IMG/VR virus record: IMGVR_UViG_3300024308_000009
Span: 1-57,043 of that record
Direction: 5' to 3' (one strand)
Source of the DNA: a virus
Length of the DNA stretch: 57,043 nt
The notes beneath the pieces are model-generated. The model did not search any database. It saw nothing but the letters and a program-made list of their open reading frames with translations, and was not told where the DNA came from. Positions within the stretch are counted from its first letter, which is position 1; every line of letters begins with the position of its first letter. A program made the translations under genes and the position numbers. Of this stretch, positions 25,166 to 33,884 are shown in pieces.

Positions 25166-25990
25166 ATGGAAAAATCAGCGTTAGAACTACTGCAACAAAC
25201 AGCAAACATCCCATTCGTATTGGGTGAAGTGGCAAAAGCAACTTCAAAAGCGCCCATCGTCGTGGTCCCCCATGGTTATGGGACATTGGATTTAGAGGAC
25301 GGCATGGAGTGCCGCATGAATTACCGCGGTGTATTCAGCACAGAAAGCGTAGTTGACTACGTTGCCTACATTAAAATTTTTGATGCTGAAGGCTCAAAGT
25401 GCTTTATTAATGCCGCAGGAATGAGCGCAAAAACTGTATTTGATCTTGGCGACGTAGAACGTCCAGGGCATCAAAAACACGCCGCTAAATTAAGCCTGGT
25501 TCGTACCGTTGCGTATGATGAAGTGCTTAATATTAATGGCAAGAAGCTAGATCAAAAAACGCTGTCAGATTGGCTAGAAGACTGGAAGGACTGTATTAAC
25601 GTTGTTGGCAATACTGGTGAGCCGCTGACAGCGATGGCGGCTGCATCTGCTGTTAGAAAAATCACTATCGAAGCCAGTCGCAAGATGGACAGCGAAGTTG
25701 GAGATTTCTCGGCTAACATGACAGCTCTAGAGCGCATCGAGGCAACAAGTTCAATGGTGATGCCGTCCATGGTGTACTTTACCTGTCGTCCTTATCGAGA
25801 CTTAACAGAGCGCAATTTCTGCTTGCGAGTTAGCATTCTGACTAGCGGTGAAAAGCCTGTGCTTGTTATGCGAGTGGTGCAGTTAGAAGCCATGCAAGAA
25901 GCGATGACTGAAGAATTTAAGGACAAATTAGTCACAATGCTTCTTGAAGAAGAGTGCAATACAACTACGTTAATCGGTAGTTTTAACTAA
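25166..25990 (+). CDS. Hypothetical protein (possibly YfdQ/DUF2303-like)
   Basis: 274-aa ORF. The family guess comes from size, context and memory only. Confidence 0.35.
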   Translation: MEKSALELLQQTANIPFVLGEVAKATSKAPIVVVPHGYGTLDLEDGMECRMNYRGVFSTESVVDYVAYIKIFDAEGSKCFINAAGMSAKTVFDLGDVERPGHQKHAAKLSLVRTVAYDEVLNINGKKLDQKTLSDWLEDWKDCINVVGNTGEPLTAMAAASAVRKITIEASRKMDSEVGDFSANMTALERIEATSSMVMPSMVYFTCRPYRDLTERNFCLRVSILTSGEKPVLVMRVVQLEAMQEAMTEEFKDKLVTMLLEEECNTTTLIGSFN

Positions 25991-25997
25991 AAGCAAA

Positions 25998-26028
25998 AAC
26001 GCCAGTTTAATTACTGGCGTTTAATGTT
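25998..26028 (+). terminator. Terminator-like hairpin
   Basis: aacgccagt-ttaatt-actggcgtt followed by taatgtt. Confidence 0.5.
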
Positions 26029-26064
26029 AAAATAAATCAATTAACATGGTTTATTGAGGTCTGT

Positions 26065-26358
26065 ATGAGTAATAGCGAACAATTCAAAAAAGATAAAAAA
26101 TCTAGCATTAACAAAATCAAGGCTGACTTAGATCGCAGTTTTGACGAGCTAAAGAGTGTTATTAGTGCCGTCGAAGTGTCTAGTGATAATCTTGATAATG
26201 CTCAGACTCTGAAAAACTTCATGAAAGAAAACAAGCATGAAGATGCAGGTTTGAAGTTAGGCCAAAGCCCAAACACGCTAAGAACGCGCATGAAGTCTAA
26301 AGCAGACTGGCGGGTTGCGCACACTGGCGGTAAACTGCGCTGCATACTGATTGACTAA
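26065..26358 (+). CDS. Hypothetical protein
   Basis: 97-aa ORF between two terminators (single-gene unit). Confidence 0.55.
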   Translation: MSNSEQFKKDKKSSINKIKADLDRSFDELKSVISAVEVSSDNLDNAQTLKNFMKENKHEDAGLKLGQSPNTLRTRMKSKADWRVAHTGGKLRCILID

Positions 26359-26374
26359 CAATTACAGACTAAAT

Positions 26375-26401
26375 AAAAAACACCTTAAATGGTGTTTTTT
26401 T
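26375..26401 (+). terminator. Rho-independent terminator
   Basis: aaaaaacacc-ttaaat-ggtgttttttt. Confidence 0.7.
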
Positions 26402-26480
26402 ATGGGAAAAAATATCTTAATTACGTTTGTAATTATGGTCTATTTAGATTAAGCTGTATTCAGTTAATTGGAGTATACCT

Positions 26481-26795
26481 ATGCAAACATTCAAACAAAT
26501 TTGCGCATCATGGCACAAAGCCGGCGCATCAATCATCGGCATAACAGATCTCGAATCTGTTTATGGTCTGCGTGTCGAATCAGATCCAGCTACTGGCAGA
26601 GTGTTGGGCGCAACGCTTGATAACGAGCCAATAACGCTTACTCAGGCGCTTACGCTACGATACACGCTATCTAACGCAAGGCTTTGGATTAATACTGAAA
26701 GCGGTGTATTTGGTTACGAAAACCTTGATCCTGTGATGGCTAATTGCCTTATAGACTCAGTAAAAAATAACGTGTTAGGTGTTAATCATGGCTAA
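26481..26795 (+). CDS. Hypothetical protein
   Basis: 104-aa ORF with RBS GGAG. Confidence 0.55.
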   Translation: MQTFKQICASWHKAGASIIGITDLESVYGLRVESDPATGRVLGATLDNEPITLTQALTLRYTLSNARLWINTESGVFGYENLDPVMANCLIDSVKNNVLGVNHG

Positions 26796-27390
26796 GAACG
26801 GATCTCCAGCTAAGCGCAATAAGAAAAGCTGCAAGATGAAGCGGGCCACTCAAATGGCACTTTACGGCACTAGCGACCTGCTATTTGTTTATTGTGGCGG
26901 TAAGCGCGAAACAGAGGCCGTGGACAAGAGAACGGGATCACCGGTTGCCATCGGTCCAACAATTGCCACATCGTTGAGTACGTGCCCGTTTAAGTGGCAT
27001 GTTTACCTGGCTGTTCTGTGTCGCCGACAAGACGGCCAGCAGTACATTAGGAGCGAAGAGGTTAGCGTAAAGCATCCATACTTCAGGAATGCTATAGAAG
27101 AGCTTCTTAATGTGCAGCATCAAGAGCTAGTTGCTAAATGCAATCCGCTTCATATCGTCAATATTGCGTGGATAGCATCGACAACGCCTTACGAATTTGA
27201 TGATGAGTATTGCGATAAGCTCTTCACGTACAAAAACGCCTGGGAGTTTATGACTCCACATCAAGAAGAAAAGCTTAAACGTGAAATGGCAATAATCCCG
27301 CGTTGCGTTAAGTGCAAGAAGTTCGTTAAGCGCAGCGTATACCAGTCAAATAACTGTCACTGTAACAAGTGCAAAGAAGGTGAAGTATGA
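26788..27390 (+). CDS. Hypothetical protein with C-terminal zinc ribbon
   Basis: ATG after AGGTG. C-terminal CVKCKKF...CHCNKCK. Confidence 0.55.
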   Translation: MAKNGSPAKRNKKSCKMKRATQMALYGTSDLLFVYCGGKRETEAVDKRTGSPVAIGPTIATSLSTCPFKWHVYLAVLCRRQDGQQYIRSEEVSVKHPYFRNAIEELLNVQHQELVAKCNPLHIVNIAWIASTTPYEFDDEYCDKLFTYKNAWEFMTPHQEEKLKREMAIIPRCVKCKKFVKRSVYQSNNCHCNKCKEGEV

Positions 27391-27923
27391 GCATGAATGA
27401 TTTATTAATCGAAGCACAAAACCAAGTAACGGCACTGACAGCGGAGCGCGACCAGTTGGCGGCTCATGTAGCGCTTTTTAATAAAATAATGCAAGAAATT
27501 TCTATTGAGCTAGATGACTCTAATGATGATCCAATACCAGATTTATTATGGGAATTGTTTGCTTTTTCTCCAAAACAAAGCCTTTCAGATATCCGCGCCA
27601 AAGCTGTAATGAACTTTGCAGAGGTTAACCGTGGCGCTTATCTAAGTGGTTTTGTAACTGCTGATCTGACAGTTTATGACGTTTATCAGTCAGCACGTAA
27701 CCACGTTAAAGATAACTATGGATATGACACAAAGCCATGGGATGACGATGACGCAACGACAGCGCGTAACGCATTAAACGAGTTAAGTGCATGTGCTGGA
27801 AAGGCTGGCTTTATAGCTGGAGTTCTGCTGGTAAACCCAACAGCAAAAGACAGAGAAAGTCTTAATGATGAAGCAAATAAATACGCTGATAGCATTCGCC
27901 AAGCGGCTAAGGATGGTGAGTGA
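27387..27923 (+). CDS. Hypothetical protein
   Basis: 178 aa with ATGA overlap to the upstream gene. Confidence 0.6.
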   Translation: MSMNDLLIEAQNQVTALTAERDQLAAHVALFNKIMQEISIELDDSNDDPIPDLLWELFAFSPKQSLSDIRAKAVMNFAEVNRGAYLSGFVTADLTVYDVYQSARNHVKDNYGYDTKPWDDDDATTARNALNELSACAGKAGFIAGVLLVNPTAKDRESLNDEANKYADSIRQAAKDGE

Positions 27924-28180
27924 TGGCCCTATCTTATAAGCAGTTTAAGTTTTTGGAACTGGCATCGAAAGGCCACAAGTTTCAAGTTGGATCAAATAAA
28001 AAAGGGTTCACTGTAGATTCAATCACAAATTACAACCCTACCCTTTATGCCACTATAACGATGAGGAGTTTACTAAAAAGAGAGCTTATAGCAGTAAATT
28101 ACAATGGAATTTCACTTACTGAAAAAGGTGAAACCGAGTATGCAATTGAGAGATCTAGGCGGAAGGTGAGTAATGAGTGA
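27920..28180 (+). CDS. Hypothetical protein
   Basis: 86 aa, overlapping start/stop. Confidence 0.55.
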   Translation: MMALSYKQFKFLELASKGHKFQVGSNKKGFTVDSITNYNPTLYATITMRSLLKRELIAVNYNGISLTEKGETEYAIERSRRKVSNE

Positions 28181-28358
28181 CGCAGAAAAGTTTAAGGAAC
28201 GTGTCCATCATCAACTGAACACATTTGAAATAAAAGATGCCAAGGAAGTTAGAGTTAGTTCGGCATCGGTAAAGCGGGCAATGGTGCGACGCAGCATTGA
28301 AGAGATCCAAAAAAAATTACAGCTACAACGTGAATTGGAGGGTTATAACCTTGAGTGA
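28173..28358 (+). CDS. Hypothetical protein
   Basis: 61 aa, overlapping start. Confidence 0.45.
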   Translation: MSDAEKFKERVHHQLNTFEIKDAKEVRVSSASVKRAMVRRSIEEIQKKLQLQRELEGYNLE

Positions 28359-28539
28359 AGAAATCACATTAGAACCTACGCTGGTGGCCTTGGCAGTAGA
28401 AAGAGCGTTAGAAGAAATGGCCCATGCGCAATGGTACAGAGAGGAATCTAAAAAGTGGACGCCAAAGGCAGAGATTAAGCGCCATAGAAGCTTTCTAGCA
28501 AAGGCAGGAGATCTACTGTCGAGGATTATCGGAAACTGA
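28297..28539 (+). CDS. Hypothetical protein, start uncertain
   Basis: The 80-aa ORF overlaps the upstream ORF by 62 nt, so the true start may be internal. Confidence 0.35.
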   Translation: MKRSKKNYSYNVNWRVITLSEEITLEPTLVALAVERALEEMAHAQWYREESKKWTPKAEIKRHRSFLAKAGDLLSRIIGN

Positions 28540-28540
28540 A

Positions 28541-28568
28541 AACACGGGCCTGGAGCCCGTTTTTTTAT
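28541..28568 (+). terminator. Rho-independent terminator
   Basis: acgggc-ctgga-gcccgt followed by ttttttt. Confidence 0.75.
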
Positions 28569-28578
28569 TATCAATTTA

Positions 28579-28607
28579 TTGCTCAAGTGGTTTAATTAAG
28601 CTACAAT
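28579..28607 (+). promoter_or_regulatory. Sigma70-like promoter
   Basis: TTGCTC (28579-84), 17-nt spacer, TACAAT (28602-07). The AAGGAG RBS of the next gene lies downstream. Confidence 0.5.
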
Positions 28608-28638
28608 CAAAAATGAAAATAAACAATAAGGAGCTGTT

Positions 28639-29001
28639 ATGGTAAAAAAATACATGCTCAAGTGGCAACAGCACGCCGGGGAAGGTAATTACATTTTCGG
28701 CGAAGAGTGCTTCACGCTTGAAGAGATAATCAACGGCAAGCATCGTGATATCCCTTTTAAGGAATATATCCCTGGCGCAGTGCGTGAGTATACCGGGGTA
28801 ACTGATAAGTTTGGCTTAGAAATCTATGAGGCCGACAAAATCAGATTTACACCTATCGGTGAAAAACAGGTGCTTGAGCTTAATGTTAAGTGGGCTGACG
28901 CTGGAACATGGCTGTTAGTCGGCAATGCAGGTTACTCGACTTGGCGATTTTCACCAGAAGCTGACGGTCGTGATTGTCGCTGCGAAGTTATCAAGGGGTA
29001 G
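28639..29001 (+). CDS. YopX-family protein
   Basis: REYTGVTDKFGLEIYEADKIRF matches the characteristic YopX core. Confidence 0.6.
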   Translation: MVKKYMLKWQQHAGEGNYIFGEECFTLEEIINGKHRDIPFKEYIPGAVREYTGVTDKFGLEIYEADKIRFTPIGEKQVLELNVKWADAGTWLLVGNAGYSTWRFSPEADGRDCRCEVIKG

Positions 29002-29004
29002 AAC

Positions 29005-30471
29005 ATGGGTAAAAGGAAAATAGATGAAGTTCATTTTCAAATAGAAGGTGAATTTATCACAGAACATATGCGGTCATTAGTGCGTGAGGGAAATTGGCGC
29101 AAAGCACTGGATGATTTAAAGCACTCTTTAATCGGTATAAATAGCGATCAATGCTTTGATATTTTATCTGGTAAGTATCAACTTAAAGGAATAAATACAG
29201 TAGATTTTGTACCAGATGACAAACACTTAGATAAAGAATGGTGCAAGAAACAGTATTACACTTATTTTAGAAATTTTTTTTACCATGATGGGAAATTTTA
29301 TAATCCTTACGGCTGCGTAAGGTACTTAAACAAACATGACTTAGAATTAGCCATGTTAAAGCTAGAAATTAAAGAGCTACCTATTTCAAGTGGGTTTAGT
29401 GGCGCAACTGAATCAGTCACAGATTTAAACTATGCCAGGGCAGAAACCTATAGAAAATCATCTAATGACTTTGTTTTTTACTCAAATACTTATCACAACT
29501 TTGTTATATCAAGAAAAATAGACAATCCAGATTATCCTATTTGGCTAACTAAAGAACAGGCCGCTGAGTTATCCATGCAACAGTTATCATCTAATCATTC
29601 GTTAGATGATGGCGAGTTAGATGATGTTGACGTACTGCGGGAACTGGCAGCCAATAAGCGCATAAATGACAAACTTGAGTCGGCTGGTATTGCAGCACCA
29701 GGCGCATTAGATGAATACATAGTAAACCTAAAAAAATCCAAAGATTTTAGCGAAAACATCGACACTATAAAGCAAGAGATAAGCAACCAAGCAGATAAGA
29801 TCGGCGGCTGGTTAACGCTTGAAAATAGTCAATCAGGGGCTAAATATACCATCCCTAAAAATGCGTTTTATCGCTGGTGCCTATCAACCAATTCAGGTTA
29901 TCGCGCAATTGAATGGCATCCTGTTTCACCTCGTGGGGTAAAAATGGGCGGGGATGATCCTAACCACACTGATTGGTGGCTTTTTACCGGGTTAAATATG
30001 GATGACGCACACAATACAGATAATTTAGAGGTTAAATTTTTCTTTGATATGCGCCACAAATACACGAATTTATTGACTGGGGCAGATCTTGCACTTTTGA
30101 CAAATAAAAAAGGGCATAAAGGCTTTGAAAGCGCATTTGTTCGCCATGTGAACACACCATTAGAAATTGATCTAATCAATGACAATGATGTAGTGATCAT
30201 CCCTCAAGCATCGCCAGAATTTGAGGCCGTGGCCCACCGATGTGCTAAAAAAAATTGTGTTCTGATAACCCAAACAGGCGGCAAACTTTGCCATTTAGCA
30301 ACAATAGGCCGTGAATTTGGATTAGCACTTTATTTGCTTCCAGATGCAGCAAGCAAGTACCCAATGGGCAGTAATGTTTGCATAGACCTAGTTAATGGCA
30401 CCATTAAAACTTTAGATTTACCAATAAAAGATTTAATGCGGTTGAAACTAACAGGCTTGTTTTATAAATAA
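29005..30471 (+). CDS. Protein with C-terminal PEP-utilizer mobile (swivelling phosphohistidine) domain and an unknown ~390-aa N-terminal region
   Basis: VVIIPQASPEFEAVAHRCAKKNCVLITQTGGKLCHLATIGREFGLALYLL. His430 codon is at 30292-30294. Confidence 0.65.
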   Translation: MGKRKIDEVHFQIEGEFITEHMRSLVREGNWRKALDDLKHSLIGINSDQCFDILSGKYQLKGINTVDFVPDDKHLDKEWCKKQYYTYFRNFFYHDGKFYNPYGCVRYLNKHDLELAMLKLEIKELPISSGFSGATESVTDLNYARAETYRKSSNDFVFYSNTYHNFVISRKIDNPDYPIWLTKEQAAELSMQQLSSNHSLDDGELDDVDVLRELAANKRINDKLESAGIAAPGALDEYIVNLKKSKDFSENIDTIKQEISNQADKIGGWLTLENSQSGAKYTIPKNAFYRWCLSTNSGYRAIEWHPVSPRGVKMGGDDPNHTDWWLFTGLNMDDAHNTDNLEVKFFFDMRHKYTNLLTGADLALLTNKKGHKGFESAFVRHVNTPLEIDLINDNDVVIIPQASPEFEAVAHRCAKKNCVLITQTGGKLCHLATIGREFGLALYLLPDAASKYPMGSNVCIDLVNGTIKTLDLPIKDLMRLKLTGLFYK

Positions 30472-30486
30472 ATCAAGGGGTAGAAC

Positions 30487-30915
30487 ATGGCTAGTAAATT
30501 AGAAATGCTTGCTATACGTCACGCTGAGATATCAGCAGAGATTAAAACCAACAAAGACCAAATAGCTGTTGAGCTCGGCTATTGCAATGGAGGTTTGTTT
30601 GTAAAGCCTATCTCTGAATCAGGTGAAGATTTTAGTTTTTTGGAAAAATCTAAAAGCATTGCGAGTATAGGAGACGCAACGTGCCTCCATTATGCGTATG
30701 AAACATGCTTAGAGTTCAACAAATACAGCGAGGTATATGACGATTGCTATTCTTATGATGAGGTTTTATCGACTTACGGGTGCCGCCACTGTAACAGCGC
30801 TAGGAGACTGAAAAAGCACATCGGCGAACTAGGCCGTGAGAAAGGCCGCATTCACTCCGCTATCACTAACATAGGCAAGAGCATTGCCTACTTAAAGGAT
30901 CTTGGAAATGACTGA
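30487..30915 (+). CDS. Hypothetical protein
   Basis: 142-aa ORF with RBS AAGGGG. Confidence 0.55.
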   Translation: MASKLEMLAIRHAEISAEIKTNKDQIAVELGYCNGGLFVKPISESGEDFSFLEKSKSIASIGDATCLHYAYETCLEFNKYSEVYDDCYSYDEVLSTYGCRHCNSARRLKKHIGELGREKGRIHSAITNIGKSIAYLKDLGND

Positions 30916-31090
30916 ACTTGAGAAGATTAGGGAAAGGCTGCGAATCCTTATAACTGGAACTTGCAACACAATTGGCTGCAATGCATGTCCAAACAAATGG
31001 CCTAAAGATAGTGATGGCAATTCATGTCAGAGCGATTACTTGATGATGGAAGAGTCAATGGCAGAGCAAGGAGAACAACTCCATGACTAA
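30902..31090 (+). CDS. Hypothetical small Cys-rich protein
   Basis: 62 aa, TCNTIGCNACPNKW...NSCQ. Confidence 0.45.
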   Translation: MEMTELEKIRERLRILITGTCNTIGCNACPNKWPKDSDGNSCQSDYLMMEESMAEQGEQLHD

Positions 31091-31754
31091 TGAAGAAAGC
31101 TTAATCAGCACAGCATGGAATGCGCTCAAAGGAAATTTGAAGAATACCAAGTTTTTCATAGAAGAAACTGACCTTAATCCCCGTAAAGTTTTATACCTTT
31201 GCAGGACTGGAGATTATGTGGTTCATTCAAATGCGCCGCTATCATTGCTAAGCCTGAATGAATCTGGAGCAACACAGATATGCACCGTTCAGGAGTTCAT
31301 TGCATATGATGAGCTGATGCGGAAGAAAAACAGAGCAGTACCAGCAGGCGCAAAAGCTGGATGCCTAGGTGAGTTTACTGTAACAGTTAGCCATGTTTGC
31401 CCTGAGTGCTGGCATAACGGATGGAAGCAGGATTGCGAGATTTGCGGCGGTAAATCCGACGAGGAAACTAACTGCTATGACGTAGAGCACGACATACCGT
31501 GGACCACTCAAAAAGACATTTGGAAGGCCATCAACGCCTACGACAAGTACGTCGAGCTAATTGCCAAGCAGCAAGAGCAAATCAAGATGCTGCGTGAAGC
31601 TATTGATAACGCTTTACGTATAAAAGATTTGTGGCAATTTGCCAATGTAGGTGAAAACTATTACGAAGAACAAGATTTGCTAAACGGAATGAAATCTTCT
31701 CTAGAGCAAGCACTATCAGCCACGGAGAGGAATGATGATCAAGGTAACAGTTAA
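31083..31754 (+). CDS. Hypothetical protein with internal zinc ribbon
   Basis: 223 aa, CPECWHNGWKQDCEICGG. Confidence 0.55.
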   Translation: MTNEESLISTAWNALKGNLKNTKFFIEETDLNPRKVLYLCRTGDYVVHSNAPLSLLSLNESGATQICTVQEFIAYDELMRKKNRAVPAGAKAGCLGEFTVTVSHVCPECWHNGWKQDCEICGGKSDEETNCYDVEHDIPWTTQKDIWKAINAYDKYVELIAKQQEQIKMLREAIDNALRIKDLWQFANVGENYYEEQDLLNGMKSSLEQALSATERNDDQGNS

Positions 31755-32064
31755 GCCAATGGTTATCACCAAGGTAACCACAACAAACTATCAGGCTATT
31801 TGGTTTAAGCGTGACTTCTCAACAATGTCAGAAGGATGGGTAAGAGGAAGATCACGCAGCAAAAACAAAATGAATCGATGTTTTGGGTGTAATTGGCCAT
31901 TTCAAATGGGAGCAACTGAGCAGGATGGAGAACCGATCCATGTAGTTCACTTTACTGGCGGCATAGGTAATGAAGTAGTTTGTGGTGACTGCCTTAAAAA
32001 GCTTTTTGGGGATAAGGCAGATCTTGAGTATTGGAATGTTCAGGAAGAGGATAGCAAGTCGTGA
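31732..32064 (+). CDS. Hypothetical Cys4 protein
   Basis: 110 aa, CFGCNW...VCGDCLKKL. Confidence 0.5.
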   Translation: MMIKVTVKPMVITKVTTTNYQAIWFKRDFSTMSEGWVRGRSRSKNKMNRCFGCNWPFQMGATEQDGEPIHVVHFTGGIGNEVVCGDCLKKLFGDKADLEYWNVQEEDSKS

Positions 32065-32122
32065 CTGAGAAAGAGCAAGAAGCATTTGATTTAATTTTTG
32101 GAAAAAATAAGGATGGTGAAAA

Positions 32123-32362
32123 ATGACCGGAATAGTTGAGCTATTAACCTGCGTTGGTAATGAAAACATCGAGTTTCAAAAGCTAAATAGTTGCATTACC
32201 AGCGTTAAAGAAAAGAAGAGAGACAAATGCACTGAACTGTCATTTCTTACCCAGGCCATAACGCCTACCGACATTGTGATGGGAACTGCAAAAGTCGGGC
32301 TAGTTATATGGGTAGATCAGTCTGTAATCGAAAAAGCATACGAAGAGGCATCTAAAAAATGA
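32123..32362 (+). CDS. Hypothetical protein
   Basis: 79-aa ORF. Confidence 0.45.
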   Translation: MTGIVELLTCVGNENIEFQKLNSCITSVKEKKRDKCTELSFLTQAITPTDIVMGTAKVGLVIWVDQSVIEKAYEEASKK

Positions 32363-32901
32363 AACCACTTATTGAGCTACAAACAAGAATTTACAATCAG
32401 AACAAGGAGGCCGGCTGGCATGACAAGCCTCGCTCCTTCAATACCTTTGTTTGCCTATTTCACTCTGAGCTATCAGAAGGCATGGAAGGGGTTAGAAAGG
32501 ACCAGTTAGACAATCACCTTCCGGCATACCCGATGATTGCAGTTGAGTTGGCAGACTTTGTTATTCGCATACTGGATTGGTTTGGACTTCAGCAAGACGA
32601 ATCTATCTGCGCTGAACTGCGAGAAATAACAAAAGTTTCCTGGCGTAAAAACTGGGATGAAATGGACTGGCTAGCCGAGATCCACGGAGACGTATCGGCG
32701 GCAAAGTATTTTTACGATGTAAGCGGTGAATACGAGATGCCAGTAAACCATCTAAGCAAGGCAATATCAGAAGCCTTTGCCATGGCAAATTTCTATGGAT
32801 GGGACCTAATGCAAATCATCGAGGAAAAGCTCGAGTACAACAAACACCGCGCAGATCACAAGCGCGAGAACAGAAGCAAGCCAGATGGCAAGAAGTTTTA
32901 G
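32359..32901 (+). CDS. MazG-like all-alpha NTP pyrophosphohydrolase
   Basis: NKEAGWHD...FHSELSEGMEGVRK...AVELADFVIRILD. The EExxE-type acidic helices are typical of phage MazG. Confidence 0.55.
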   Translation: MKPLIELQTRIYNQNKEAGWHDKPRSFNTFVCLFHSELSEGMEGVRKDQLDNHLPAYPMIAVELADFVIRILDWFGLQQDESICAELREITKVSWRKNWDEMDWLAEIHGDVSAAKYFYDVSGEYEMPVNHLSKAISEAFAMANFYGWDLMQIIEEKLEYNKHRADHKRENRSKPDGKKF

Positions 32902-32909
32902 GAGGATTC

Positions 32910-33305
32910 ATGAAAGCCAGAAATCAAAGCTCATCGCCAGTAAGCAGCACTATGATGTGCTGCCCGGTAAGCGGACCGGTTAAAATGCTTGAGTATGATA
33001 GATCTAGGGTTATCGCTCCAAATAACTCTATTTTTAAGCATGGTGCGAAAGGTGAGTTTGAGGCACTCGTTAATGAAATTGGTGGCATGGAGTACGGGCA
33101 GAAAAAAACAGTATCTATGGAATATCTATCATCGTTTGCATCGAGTTATTTTCATAAAGGTAAATGGCATAACCCTGCAGATATATTGCTGAGCAATATT
33201 ATGGGATCTTCATTTGAATACGTTTATGATGTTAATAGCATGCATGCTGAGGTTACATTTATCAGGCTGGCAAACGGGAAAAATAAAGTTGTAAAAGTGG
33301 TTTAG
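32910..33305 (+). CDS. Hypothetical protein
   Basis: Start at MKARNQ after RBS AGGAGGA. 131 aa. Confidence 0.55.
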   Translation: MKARNQSSSPVSSTMMCCPVSGPVKMLEYDRSRVIAPNNSIFKHGAKGEFEALVNEIGGMEYGQKKTVSMEYLSSFASSYFHKGKWHNPADILLSNIMGSSFEYVYDVNSMHAEVTFIRLANGKNKVVKVV

Positions 33306-33317
33306 ATAGACTATATT
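33289..33317 (+). promoter_or_regulatory. Sigma70-like promoter candidate upstream of the structured repeat region and tRNAs
   Basis: TTGTAA (33289-94), 17-nt spacer, TATATT (33312-17). Confidence 0.4.
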
Positions 33318-33412
33318 TAACCCGCTTCAAAACGCTCCAAAGAAACAAATCAGGTGCAATTCCTCCACAGCTTTGCATACCAAGTGACCGCAGCCGCGGT
33401 GATTGCATTGGC

Positions 33413-33490
33413 AAGGTGACTCTAAATTCATGGGCTAGCTATAAATTGTCCAGCATACCTGTTTGTATTAGAAGGTATATGAGTCATCTT
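33413..33490 (+). ncRNA. Structured unit A (short, 78 nt)
   Basis: P1 aaggtgactc (33413-22) pairs with gagtcatctt (33481-90), 10 bp with one G-T. Inner hairpin atacc...ggtat. Confidence 0.4.
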
Positions 33491-33621
33491 GACCAATGTG
33501 ATTAACAAAACAAGACTGCAAAATGAGTGATGGCGACACTCATAAATAAAACGTAACGGTGTTACTTGCCACCAGCGAAATCACATTAACAAGTGACCGC
33601 ACATGCGGTGATTATATTGGC

Positions 33622-33747
33622 AAGATGATTGAGATTTGTGTGTAACTGAGTATTTGCTGTTAATCAGAGATGCGGCAAGTATTGAAACCATTAGCATGGC
33701 GCATCTTGATCAAATGCGTATCGCTCTTAAATGTTACCAGTCATCTT
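33622..33747 (+). ncRNA. Structured unit B (126 nt)
   Basis: P1 33622-31/33738-47. P1b gtaac/gttac. P2 33651-57/33675-81. P3 ccat-tagc-atgg (33688-99). Confidence 0.45.
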
Positions 33748-33884
33748 GACCAATGTGATTAATGGGTTGTGAGTACATGGCCGGAAATCACATTCGCCTA
33801 AATCCAGTACACGGTTATCAACAAGAGTTACACGCCACTCTGGGCGCCGCGGGGCGAATAAATCGCGGCGCAAACTTATTCGCA

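Noticed and set aside
33670-33762. 30-aa ORF (MRQVLKPLAWRILIKCVSLLNVTSHLDQCD) inside unit B
   Set aside because: The ATG is absent at the homologous position of unit C (ata). Substitutions between copies follow base-pairing, not codon, constraints.
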